Of a stretch of DNA of 64,000 nucleotides, positions 31,086 to 42,081 are shown piece after piece. The stretch spans positions 2,893,177 to 2,957,176 of the forward strand of contig OZ240228.1 in the NCBI GenBank assembly GCA_965197795.1, read 5' to 3'. Source of the DNA: Dehalococcoidia bacterium. Lineage in GTDB: Bacteria > Chloroflexota > Dehalococcoidia > DSTF01 > WHTK01. The notes under the pieces were generated by a model, which did no database searches, was not told the origin of the DNA, and saw nothing but the letters and a program-made list of their open reading frames with translations. The position numbers and the translations under genes are program-made. Positions within the stretch are counted from its first letter, which is position 1. Each line of letters opens with the position of its first letter.

Positions 31086-33850
31086 TTAGAGAAGGTTCAG
31101 AGCTCTGGCGCGCGAAAGGGCCTGTGTGCGACTGCGGACGCCTAGCTTCGCGTAAAGGTTGTTCACGTGCCACTTGACGGTGCTCAGGGCGACGACGAAG
31201 CGATCAGCGATCTCTTGGTTGGAGAGTCCTTCATCCATCAGATGAAGAACCTCTGCCTCGCGTTCACTGACGGCATCCGAACGACCGGCTGGAGGCGATT
31301 GTGGGCTCTGTTGCGGCGCCGAGAAGGCCTTGAGCAGAGAACCGATGGAACGGGCTGAGAAGTCGGGCTGAGAAGCGGTCGGGTTCGACAGCAGATTTAC
31401 TCGAACGCCCTCGAGAAATTGTCGCATCGGTTCGCCCTCGTCGGCGAACGTACGCACCCGGCCCTCTCGTTCGCCTCTAGCCAGCGCCCTGTTCAGAACG
31501 CTCCGAGCTCCTTCCTCGTCACCCAGCGCGTGCGTGGCCATTGCCTCCAGAGCGATGGTTTCGATTGCAATAGCTTCTGACACACTCGACTCATCCAAGG
31601 CGAGCAGCGGAGTCAGCAGATCATGCGCCGCTTCAGGCGCGCCGCGCGCTAGCAGGAAACGCGCCTACAGAAGCTGGTCGACCTGCCTAACGTCAGCGCC
31701 AGACAAAGAAGCCATTTGTTCCAACCAACCTTGAGCTCGGCGCTGGTCTCCTTCTGCCAAGCTGATCTTTGCCAGAACGGGCCAGATCAAGCATTCGCCA
31801 GGGACGAACTGGCCTTGCTCGGACACAGCCTCAATCTCGTCAAGAACTTCGGCTACCGCGTCGTGGTCGCTCAGTGCATGTAAGACTCTCGCGTAAGCGG
31901 CGTAAGCATCCCCCAAACCGTTTGTCGCCCCGGACTGACGATACAACTCCATGCCGAGCGAAATACGCTCCAGGGCTTCGTTCAGTTCGTTGCGTTCATA
32001 TAGAAGGTCACCGAGGACCACATAAGCGTAGCCAGCTCCCGGAATCCGTTCCATCCCCTGGCTCGAGGCGATCTCGACCGCCCTATCGCAAACGCGCCTT
32101 GCTTCACTCAACCTGCCAAGAATCATCAGCGCTTTCGCCTGGAGTCCGATGGCCATAATCGTCACGTGCGCATGACCTGCTTCCTGGCTATGGCGGGCCG
32201 CTTCCGCGAATGTGGAGGCGGCCGCAGGGAGGTCTAGTTTCATCCAGTGGGCGCTCGCCAGGTTTATCGCCAGCACTCCCTTCATCCGCACATCGTTTTC
32301 GTCAAGGTCGGCCTCCGCTAGGCGCGCGTGTTTGATCGTGGACTCGGGGTCGCCACGCGCTCCTGCCAGGTGAGAGCGCAGAGCTTGAAGAGAGCAACGA
32401 ATGCGTCTCTGGAGCGGTAACCCCCTCTGTCCTAGGGGAGGGATCGTTTGGAAGCGACTCGATAGCCTCACCGGACTGACGCAGGCGCTGTTCCGCTTCA
32501 TCGTAACGACCATTGAACGCTAGGCTCCAGGCGCAGTGACTGAGCAGAACGGGCCGGGACCGGATTTCTTCTTCTGGAAGCGCCTTCAACCAGTTCAGCA
32601 ACGTCCCGATATCCCCTTGGTCGAAAAGGCGATAGGCAGCGACTTCAAGGAGGTCGCAGGCCGCCGGGTAGTCTGACGCGCGGAGAGCGTGATTGAGCGC
32701 CTCAGGGATGGAGTTGTTCTCGCCGAACCACGGGGCTCCAAGCCGGTGCAACTCTTGAACGCCTACATTCGAATGACGCAGGCCTTCGAGCAAAGCATCG
32801 CGGAAAAGCTGGTGGTATCGATACCACTGTCGCTGGTCGTCCAGGGCGACCACGAATAGGTTCGTCTGCTCTAAGCGTCTGAGGACGATCTCTGAGTCCG
32901 AACGTCCTGTGAGGGCGTCGCAAAGTGGGCCGGTGAGACGATCCAGGAAGGATGTCCGCTCGAGGAACTCGAGCGTATCAGCGGGCTGGCTTGCCAGTAC
33001 TTCCTCAGTCAGATAGTCACCTACGTAGCGGTTACTGCCGGTGAATGCCCGCGATGAATCTGTCTGGATCGCGGTCTCGAATCGACAAGGCGGCCATCTG
33101 TAGGCCCGCGATCCAGCCCTCGGTTCGTTCGGCCAGTGTCAGAATCTGATTACTCGCTAGGGCCAGTCCCATGGAGTCATTCAGGAACCCGGTGGCCTCC
33201 TCTTCCGTGAATCTCAGATGAGTGGCAGAGATCTCCGTGAGCTGCCCTCGGGCCCGCAGGCGGCTTAGACTGAGCGGCGGCTCTTGGCGGCTCGAGATCA
33301 TCAGATGCATGTGGGGCGGCATGTGCTCGATGAGGAAATCGAGCGCCCGGTGGATCGCAGGATCCTCGATGACCTGATAGTCATCGAGGACGATCACAGT
33401 TTTCTTTGGCGCTTGCGCGACTTCGTTGATGAGAGCTGTCAGAACACTCTCGATCGGAGCACCCTCGGGAAAACGCAACACCGATAGAGCGCCCGCACCT
33501 AGTCCACCGTTTTCGGAAAGGGCGGTGATGAAGGCGTCCCAGAAGGTAAGTGAGTCGTTGTCACCTTCATCGAGAGAGAGCCAGGAGGCTATCGTTTCGC
33601 CAAGATCTGTTTTCCCGAACAGCTCACTGAGTGCGGTCGTTTTCCCAGCGCCGGCAGGTCCTGTAACCAGGGTAAGCTTTCGCTGAAGCCCTTCTGCTAG
33701 GCGGTCGGAGATCCGCAGGCGAACAACCAGATTCGGCGGTGCTAACGGGGCGAGGAGCTTCGTTGCGACGAGGTGCGGGTTCGCGTGAAGAGCCGTTCCG
33801 GCTGATGAAGCCTGTGAGAAGGGAGTCTGCGACGCCGGGCTGTTTTCCAT
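31086..33850 (-). pseudogene. MalT-like ATP-dependent LuxR family regulator, three frameshifts
   Basis: ATKL..P, Walker A GPAGAGKTT, LDDY, TEGWIAGL, DYLTEEVL, WYRYHQLF, TPR-like region and C-terminal LuxR HTH; shifts near 33045, 32400-32500 and 31670. Confidence 0.85.
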
Positions 33851-34122
33851 GAGTACTCGAAACCCGATTGTTTTACTACCTCGGGCAGACCTTTAGGCGA
33901 GGCTCAACTGCGCTCACCGCAGCCGGACTCAGGCCTTCGTGGGCACGAGCCGGAGTCCGAACCAATATGCCCGACCCATCTTGCTTTGAAAAGTGCCTCC
34001 TTGAGACTTGTGATGCAGGCGACACTATGACGGCATCGTGTGGGCTGGCCGGGAACCTTTGGTTGCGGTCGCGGATCTATTGCGTCTTCGGAATTGGCCT
34101 GCTCTATTCCGACGACTCCCGG

Positions 34123-34338
34123 CTAATCGTCCTTCTTCTTTACGCCCGTGACCATGCTGAGAATGGTCTCGACTGTGACTCGGTCACCCTCGCTGGGCGA
34201 AGGATAGACGGCGTCATGGGCCAGCCGGACCTCGCGAAGACTATCAGGCGTGTCATCGAAGGAGAGGAACATCTGGTAGTAACGCACGCCGTGCAGCTCG
34301 TAGGGATTCAATTTATTAATGATCGCCTCGCGCGGTAT
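34123..34338 (-). CDS. small hypothetical protein (beta-barrel/OB-like)
   Basis: PREAIINKLNPYELHGVRYYQM...EGDRVTVE; best SD (GGGAGG) sits 6 nt before ATA 34338. Confidence 0.55.
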   Translation of the reverse strand: MPREAIINKLNPYELHGVRYYQMFLSFDDTPDSLREVRLAHDAVYPSPSEGDRVTVETILSMVTGVKKKDD

Positions 34339-34549
34339 GGTTCGCCTCCCTCGTCCTCCGCAAAAGCCGGACACCCTGACCAGAGCACCAGTCTCTTAGT
34401 CACAGAGTAAGCGATTGAGGCGACGCTCACATGATGTGCAAGACGTAGCACGATGTGTAAATAATATCGCGTTGGGGTTAGCGGCCCGACGCATCAGGAG
34501 AAGCGTAAACAACGCATCCAGGGCGGGTCGCTAGAATTGTCTTAAGAGA

Positions 34550-35518
34550 ATGAGGTACGTGAATCTCGGCGACCGGCGAGCCTCCGTCATTGGTCTCGGC
34601 CTTTGGCAGTTCGGGTCACGCGAATGGGGTTGGGGTGAGTCGTTCTCGGAACCTGAAGCTGTCCGCGTCGTAGAACGTGCCCTGGACCTAGGCATTAATC
34701 TCTTTGACACAGCGGAGATTTACGGCAGCGGTCATTCCGAGGAGATTCTTGGGAGAATTCTCAAGGGCCGCCGAGATGACGCCATCATCGCCACGAAGGT
34801 CAGTCCTTTGCACCTGACCCGCCGAGCCGTCCTCGCGGCCGCAGAACGCAGCCTCCAACGCCTCGGCGTAGATTCAATCGACCTCTATCAGGTGCATTGG
34901 CCAAACCGATTTGTGCCGATCTCGTCGACAATGCGTGGGATGAAGGAACTCCATCAAGCTGGCAAGATCAAAGCTGTCGGCGTTAGCAATTTCAGCCTGG
35001 CACGGTGGCGGCGCGCAGAGGCGGCCCTTGGGGAGCCTGTTGTCTCGAATCAGGTCCAGTTCCATCTGCTCGACCAGCGACCATTGGCCGACCTCGTACC
35101 TCACAGCGCGACCCGACCAGGATCGGTCATTCTGGCCTATAGTCCGCTCGCCCAGGGCGTCCTCGGCGGTCGGTACCACGCCGCTCAGACCCCTGATGAC
35201 TTTCGTGCATCAAGCCCGCCCTTCTCAGCGGCATCGCTCCAGCGTGTCTCTCCCTTGCTCGATGCCATAAGGGAGGTTGGGCGCCGATACAGCGCAACTC
35301 CTGCCCAGATCGCCCCGGCCTGGTTGGTCCATCAGCCGAACGTGATCGCCATCCCGGATGCCCGCAGCGTAGAGCAAGTGGAGCAAAACGCTGCCGCTGC
35401 CGACATCGAACTGTCAACGGACGAAGTAGTGCGGCTGAGCGACTTGGGCCAGCGGTTAGGTAGGGGAGGCCGGCATTTCGGCCTCAAACGTCTGGCGGGC
35501 TGGCTGCTGGGAGGCTAG
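34550..35518 (+). CDS. aldo/keto reductase
   Basis: IGLGLWQ, FDTAEIYG, IATKV, IDLYQVHWP, GVSNF, AYSPLAQG. Confidence 0.92.
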   Translation: MRYVNLGDRRASVIGLGLWQFGSREWGWGESFSEPEAVRVVERALDLGINLFDTAEIYGSGHSEEILGRILKGRRDDAIIATKVSPLHLTRRAVLAAAERSLQRLGVDSIDLYQVHWPNRFVPISSTMRGMKELHQAGKIKAVGVSNFSLARWRRAEAALGEPVVSNQVQFHLLDQRPLADLVPHSATRPGSVILAYSPLAQGVLGGRYHAAQTPDDFRASSPPFSAASLQRVSPLLDAIREVGRRYSATPAQIAPAWLVHQPNVIAIPDARSVEQVEQNAAAADIELSTDEVVRLSDLGQRLGRGGRHFGLKRLAGWLLGG

Positions 35519-35545
35519 GTGCACGATCTGTACATCGTGTTGACT
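35518..35545. other. dif-like / tyrosine-recombinase core site
   Basis: GGTGCACGATC-TGTACA-TCGTGTTGACT; contains inverted repeat CACGAT-N6-ATCGTG; 18/28 identical to E. coli dif by manual alignment; immediately upstream of the integrase. Confidence 0.45.
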
Positions 35546-35562
35546 TAGTGAGCCACTAGAGC

Positions 35563-36114
35563 GTGCATGGCTGTGACCTCGAAGCAGGCAACCATGCACC
35601 AGATCACGACTCCAGACGAATCGCCGCCGCTGGCTGGGAACGCACCCTTTATGCCTTCCTGGCGGAGAAGGAGCGCCGCTCCGGCTCGGCCCGCACGGTT
35701 CAGAGCTACTCACGAATGCTCCACGACTTCTTCGGTCGGTCGGGCAAGGCGCCGGATGAGGTTACCTCGCGGGACGTGTTCACCTGGGCATACGGCACCG
35801 GGCTCTCGGGCAAGGCGCCGTCGTCGATAACCATCGGAGCCCGACTCGCTTGTCTTAGCTCCTTCTACCGTTTCCTTATCCGCATGAAGGTTGTCTCCTC
35901 CAACCCGTGCGACGCGCTCGAACGACCTCGAATCGTTCAAGGCAACCCGAAAGGACTTACCGCGGATCAGATCCGGCGCCTGGTCGACGCGGTCCCGCAG
36001 ATAGCGGTTGGTCTGCGCGACCGCGCCATCATCCTGACTCTCACGCTGACGGGCAGCCGTCGAGCAGAGGTCCTCGGCCTGAAGGTCGGCGACGATGCAG
36101 GCTTTCCGCTGTGA
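35563..36114 (+). pseudogene. truncated tyrosine recombinase (XerC/D-like)
   Basis: N-terminal core-binding domain (RTVQSY, RLACLSSFYRFL, NP) and RDRAII...TGSRRAE; stops before the HxxR and Tyr motifs. Confidence 0.85.
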
Positions 36115-36218
36115 TCAGGTGCCCGCCTCCAGGACGCTGATGAGGTCGGCGCTGTGGCGAGAGAGGTCATCGACGCTTCTCCGGTTATCAGCTCTGGTTC
36201 GTATTTTGAGAGAAGGTT

Positions 36219-36297
36219 TGGTGGGCGATACAGGGCTCGAACCTGTGACCTTCTGTGTGTAAAACAGACGCTCTAGCCAACTGCCCCGAAAGAGCCC
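36219..36297 (-). tRNA. trnV: tRNA-Val(TAC) with aberrant 5' end
   Basis: D-loop AGTTGGCTA, anticodon arm TCTGT-TTTACAC-ACAGA, T-arm ACAGG-TTCGAGC-CCTGT, 3' ATCGCCC-A-CCA. The 5' strand GGGCTCTTTCGGGG pairs poorly. Confidence 0.75.
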
Positions 36298-36359
36298 AGC
36301 TTTGTCACGCCGGGAGCCTCATTCTATCGCAACCTCCAGCCACGCCGCCGCTGCGACCG

Positions 36360-36896
36360 CTAACGTTTCGGACCCGGCTCCTGCTGGACCAGCACTTCGT
36401 CCTTGACCTGCAGCAGCGTGCCATCCCACTGGAACGTGGTCTTGCGCAGCTGGCTGGGACAGCAAAACGGGTCTTCGGGCCCATAAACGCCGCGTGTCTC
36501 CAGCAAGGCCCCGTCCTCGAGGCTCATCTGGAGACCGCTCGCCGCTGTTCTGTCGACAGTGCGGGTCAGGATAGCCTCGGGTGCACCGGACTCGAGCCGG
36601 AGGATCACGTAGCCGATGTTGCCCAGAGTGCCCTGCGACGTCACCGGCACGATCGCTTCCTCGCGCTGGTCGCCGGTCAGGTCGGCGAAGAGAATCGCCG
36701 CAGTTTCGATCGCGCCGGTACCCAGCTGGGCGAGCAGCTCCTGGAGGACGTCAACCTGTTCGAAATCAATAGCGCGGATCGCCTGGGCATCCTGTGGTTG
36801 CTCAAGCCCGCGAGACGTGGCTCCAGACTCGCCACCGTTACCGCAGGCGATGCTGATCACTAACAAGCTGGCGATAAGATAGGCGGGTACTTTCAG
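36360..36896 (-). CDS. putative lipoprotein (LppP/LprE-like)
   Basis: Signal peptide KVPAYLIASLLVISIA-C with lipobox; ADLTGDQREEA; YGPEDPFCCPS...FQWDG; CTG start behind GAGGAG. Confidence 0.7.
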   Translation of the reverse strand: MKVPAYLIASLLVISIACGNGGESGATSRGLEQPQDAQAIRAIDFEQVDVLQELLAQLGTGAIETAAILFADLTGDQREEAIVPVTSQGTLGNIGYVILRLESGAPEAILTRTVDRTAASGLQMSLEDGALLETRGVYGPEDPFCCPSQLRKTTFQWDGTLLQVKDEVLVQQEPGPKR

Positions 36897-36984
36897 AGCA
36901 ACGCTCCTCTCCCCGCCTGATCGGATATTATCCCCTGACCTTGGCCTGAGCAATTCGAGACACCGCCCGCATCGCAGAGGGAGC

Positions 36985-37295
36985 ATGCAAATGTGGTTTA
37001 TCTGCCTCCGACGTTCGATCATCGATCGCGACAAGTGGACTACGACGGTTGACGAACACCTGGCCTGGATGAAGCAGCAGCACGAGAGGGGTACCATCCT
37101 GTTTTCGGGCCCGGACACGACGAAAGCGGCACTGCGTACGGCATCTACCTGATCCGCTGCGGATCGGAGGAAGAAGCCCGGCAGGTCGCAGCCAACGATC
37201 CGTTTACGGCCAACGACCACTGCGCCTTCGAACTGATCGAGTGGGACGTGCACCAGATCCTCGGCGCCGGCGGTTTCACGATGGCCGGTCTGTAG
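36985..37295 (+). pseudogene. YciI family protein, one frameshift
   Basis: DEHLAWM...LFSGP, then in another frame GIYLIRCGSEEEARQVAANDPF; shift near 37120; absent from the ORF track. Confidence 0.72.
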
Positions 37296-37312
37296 GGGAC
37301 GCGTTAGCAAGA

Positions 37313-37336
37313 GCCGCCGCAGTGCGAAGCGGCGGC
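37313..37336. terminator. GC hairpin between convergent genes
   Basis: GCCGCCGC-N8-GCGGCGGC. Confidence 0.45.
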
Positions 37337-37337
37337 C

Positions 37338-37664
37338 TCAGGTCGTCTCACCTTCCTCCGAATCAGGTGCGGTACTGAGGAAGAGCTGGCTGCCGCCTTC
37401 CGCGGCGCGGACCATACCCCAGACGTAAGCGTCGTCCCGAATGAGATGGAACAGCGACGGCCCGGCGCCGGACGCTTCCTCGCGGAAGCCCGCGGTCCTT
37501 AGCTGCGCCTTGACGTGCTCGAATGCCATGCGTGGCGGCATCGCAAGCACCAGGTTCAGTCCCCAACCGATGCTCTCGCTGGGCAGCACATCCTGCCGGC
37601 TCAGCAGGACGAACTCGGGAAACGTGACCCATTCGTCCAGCGGATTCTCAAGTTCCTCAGTCAT
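37338..37664 (-). CDS. hypothetical protein downstream of dnaK
   Basis: 108-aa ORF with plausible alpha/beta composition, co-oriented with dnaK. Confidence 0.6.
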   Translation of the reverse strand: MTEELENPLDEWVTFPEFVLLSRQDVLPSESIGWGLNLVLAMPPRMAFEHVKAQLRTAGFREEASGAGPSLFHLIRDDAYVWGMVRAAEGGSQLFLSTAPDSEEGETT

Positions 37665-37693
37665 TTCGTAGATGATACGTCTCCCTGAAAGCG

Positions 37694-37724
37694 AGGAGGG
37701 GATGTCTTCGTAACATCCCCTCCT
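37694..37724. terminator. 12-bp perfect stem-loop after dnaK
   Basis: AGGAGGGGATGT-CTTCGTA-ACATCCCCTCCT. Confidence 0.6.
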
Positions 37725-37762
37725 TCGACCGTGACTTGCTGACCACCGCCGTCACGCGATGG

Positions 37763-39649
<1,887 letters not shown>

Positions 39650-39710
39650 TGTTTATTGCCTCCCTGAGGCCGTGTGACCGCAGCCCCATACCCTTCAAGC
39701 TCGAACTTCG

Positions 39711-40235
39711 CTACAGCCGGCCCCGTTTGCGGGCCACGGCCCGCTCTACGATCGCGACAGACGAGGCGAGCTCGTCTCGTTCTGCTTTGCCCGGCGGCAG
39801 CTCCATGGCCCGCCGGAAGTGTCGTAGCGCCTCCTGGTAGAGGTTCTCGACCGTCAAATCTGCCGGCGCCACTTCTTCAGTAGCCGCCTCGCCGTAATCC
39901 TGCTTATATTCCGCGGCCCTGTAGCAAGCCATGCCTGCGCCGTAATGACCGCGCACGTCGGCGTCGTCCCGCGCCACGGCGTCGTTGAAAGCCTCAGCCG
40001 CCTGGCCGAAACGACGCAGGCCCATCATCTGCCAGCCCAGCAGCAGTGGCCAGAGCCCTTCGGCCGGCTCCGAGGTCATCTTCTCGCGCAGCACGGCTAC
40101 CGCCGCGGTTGCCTGTCCCTCCAGCCCCTTCTCGCCCAAGCGTCTCAAGACCTCGGGGTTGAGCGAGTCGCGACGCTTCTCCTCCTCGCGTGTGAAGCCT
40201 TCCAGCCTCGGCCGCCTGCTGCTGAAGATCGGCAT
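39711..40235 (-). CDS. tetratricopeptide-repeat-like protein
   Basis: WPLLLG...FGQAAEAFNDAV...D and HYGAG...YQEALRHFRRAMELP helical-pair patterns. Confidence 0.65.
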   Translation of the reverse strand: MPIFSSRRPRLEGFTREEEKRRDSLNPEVLRRLGEKGLEGQATAAVAVLREKMTSEPAEGLWPLLLGWQMMGLRRFGQAAEAFNDAVARDDADVRGHYGAGMACYRAAEYKQDYGEAATEEVAPADLTVENLYQEALRHFRRAMELPPGKAERDELASSVAIVERAVARKRGRL

Positions 40236-40239
40236 CGCC

Positions 40240-40860
40240 TCAGACTCCAGCCTCCCCCGCCTCTGGCTGCTTCCCGCCCACGACGACCATGGCCGGGCGC
40301 AGCGCGCGGCTACCGAGCATGTAGCCCTTCTGCACCACGTTGAGCACCTTGCCTGCCTCGCCCTCGGCGTACATCACCGCCTCGTGGACGGTCGGGTCGA
40401 ACTCCTGGCCGTCGGCGGCGATTTCCGAGATGCCGTTCATCTCGAGCAGCGCCTGGAACTTGCGGTGGATCAGGCGCACGCCGTCCACCCAGATCAAGCC
40501 GGCCAAGTGGGGGTCGACGTTCTCTAGCGCGCGCTCTAGGTCATCGATGATCGGCAAGAGGTTGAACATCAAGGCGGCGTTGGCGAGCTGGCTGTACTCG
40601 GAGCGCTCTTGTTCGACGCGACGCTTGAAGTTCTGGTAGTCGGCCGCCGCGCGCTGCCAGGAGGCGTAGTAGGACTCCGCGCGCTCTTTCTCGTGGGTCA
40701 GCTGGTCTGTCAAATCTCCCGTGCTCTCCTCGTCGATGGGCTCGTTCTCTACCGCCTCATCGTTTGCCGGCCCGTCCGCGTTTTCGCTCGCCTGAAACGG
40801 CTTTTGCGAAGAGCGGCGGTCGATGATTCGCGGTGGCTCCTCGTCTTCTCGCACGGACAT
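40240..40860 (-). CDS. grpE: nucleotide exchange factor GrpE
   Basis: RAAADYQNFKRR, LLPIIDDLERA, FDPTVHEAV, QKGY...LRPAMVVV; ATG 40860. Confidence 0.96.
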   Translation of the reverse strand: MSVREDEEPPRIIDRRSSQKPFQASENADGPANDEAVENEPIDEESTGDLTDQLTHEKERAESYYASWQRAAADYQNFKRRVEQERSEYSQLANAALMFNLLPIIDDLERALENVDPHLAGLIWVDGVRLIHRKFQALLEMNGISEIAADGQEFDPTVHEAVMYAEGEAGKVLNVVQKGYMLGSRALRPAMVVVGGKQPEAGEAGV

Positions 40861-40904
40861 AGCTCCGTCTCCCCAAGACCCGCTTGATCTCTGGTCTGAA
40901 GCGC

Positions 40905-41912
40905 CTAGATCTGCGACATCATGTCGCCGAGCAAAGTCGCAAGGTAACGCACCGTCGGGATGGTGCGCGAATAGCGCATACGCGTCGGGCCCAGGACCGC
41001 CACGACACCAGTCGGACCTCCCGCGTGACCGTAACGGGCCAGCACAAGGCTGCACTCCCGCAATGATTCGTTGTTGTTTTCGCTGCCGATGACGACGCTG
41101 ATGCCCTCTTGGCTCAACTGGCGGATCGGTATCGCGCTGGAAAGCGTGCGCTGCTCGAGGACGTCGATGATGTCGAGCATGCGGTCCGAGCGTGAAAACT
41201 CCGGCTGAGACAGGACCTCGCGTACGCCGTCTCGGAATACGTCGCCGAGCGCCAGTGACTCTTCGTCCATCAAGTCGAGAACCGCTCTCGATACCACGCT
41301 ATCGACCTCGGACGCCGCGGCCGGCAGGCGCACCAACTCGTACTGGGTCAGTCCGCCAAACTGCTGGTTTATCCGATTCGAGGCGGACAAGAGCGTTTCC
41401 TCGTTGACCGGATCACGGAAGGCCAGCACCTGCTGCCGGATGCGTGCCTCGTTCAGCACCACAACGCATAAAGCGCTCAGCTCGTGCAGCGGTACGAGCT
41501 GGACGTGCCGCAGTCGAGTCTCGGTGCTGTGTGGCGACGTCACGACGGCAAAGTTACTGACCGAGTGCGCCAGGACCGCCGCCGCTAGCTGGAACCACTG
41601 CTCCATAGCGCGTTCGGTCTGGTGGAACTGGTGACGGATCGTCTCCCGTTCTTCCCAGGCCAGCGTCTCTTCAGCCATGAGGCTCTCGACGTAGTAGCGA
41701 TAACCCTTATCCGACGGTACGCGGCCCGCGGAAGTGTGGGGCTGGCTGATGTAGCCCAACTCTTCGAGACGAGCCATCTCCGCCCTCACCGTCGCGGATG
41801 AGACCGGCATGTCGTGCTTCGACACGATGTACTTAGAACCGACGGGAAGAGCCGTGTCTACGTACTCTTCGACAATCAGATTCAGAAGAGTGGAACGGCG
41901 TTCAGTAAGCAT
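40905..41912 (-). CDS. hrcA: heat-inducible transcription repressor HrcA
   Basis: LTERR...PVGS...SSATVR...QPHTSAGRVPSDKGYRYYV, GPTRMRY; the GTG at 41936 lies inside CIRCE, so ATG 41912 is used. Confidence 0.97.
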   Translation of the reverse strand: MLTERRSTLLNLIVEEYVDTALPVGSKYIVSKHDMPVSSATVRAEMARLEELGYISQPHTSAGRVPSDKGYRYYVESLMAEETLAWEERETIRHQFHQTERAMEQWFQLAAAVLAHSVSNFAVVTSPHSTETRLRHVQLVPLHELSALCVVVLNEARIRQQVLAFRDPVNEETLLSASNRINQQFGGLTQYELVRLPAAASEVDSVVSRAVLDLMDEESLALGDVFRDGVREVLSQPEFSRSDRMLDIIDVLEQRTLSSAIPIRQLSQEGISVVIGSENNNESLRECSLVLARYGHAGGPTGVVAVLGPTRMRYSRTIPTVRYLATLLGDMMSQI

Positions 41913-41923
41913 TTTGACTCTCT

Positions 41924-41950
41924 TTAGCACTCTCACCGTACGAGTGCTAA
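41924..41950. promoter_or_regulatory. CIRCE operator
   Basis: Perfect TTAGCACTC-N9-GAGTGCTAA just upstream of hrcA. Confidence 0.97.
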
Positions 41951-41960
41951 TTGCTATCTA

Positions 41961-41989
41961 AAATTAGCAAACAGCCTCCCTCATGTCAA
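41961..41989 (-). promoter_or_regulatory. sigma70 promoter of hrcA operon
   Basis: TTGACA-N17-TAATTT on the minus strand, directly upstream of CIRCE. Confidence 0.75.
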
Positions 41990-41994
41990 GGCTG

Positions 41995-42023
41995 TTGACG
42001 CCCTTACGGACCGCTCCTACACT
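41995..42023 (+). promoter_or_regulatory. sigma70 promoter of fabH operon
   Basis: TTGACG-N17-TACACT, back to back with the hrcA promoter. Confidence 0.7.
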
Positions 42024-42081
42024 GCCCTAGACCGCAACGACTGGCGTTCGCGAGGTTAAATCTAGGCTCCCGGGAGACTGC

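Larger units (their letters stand above)
25300..36218. mobile_element. decayed genomic island downstream of tRNA-Val
   Basis: Truncated tyrosine integrase next to the tRNA 3' end, gene remnants, frameshifted genes and visibly more A/T-rich sequence. Left boundary undefined; no tRNA 3' duplicate seen. Confidence 0.5.

Noticed and set aside
33868-34410. 180-aa + strand ORF
   Set aside because: Antisense to the better-supported 34123-34338 gene; no SD or motif
25300-35500. Classical integron with attC cassettes
   Set aside because: No RYYYAAC...GTTRRRY attC structures found, genes lie in both orientations, and the integrase is truncated before the IntI-specific region
19900-36218. att duplicate of the tRNA-Val 3' end marking the far island boundary
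   Set aside because: No copy of TGGTGGGCGATAC seen in the intergenic regions inspected
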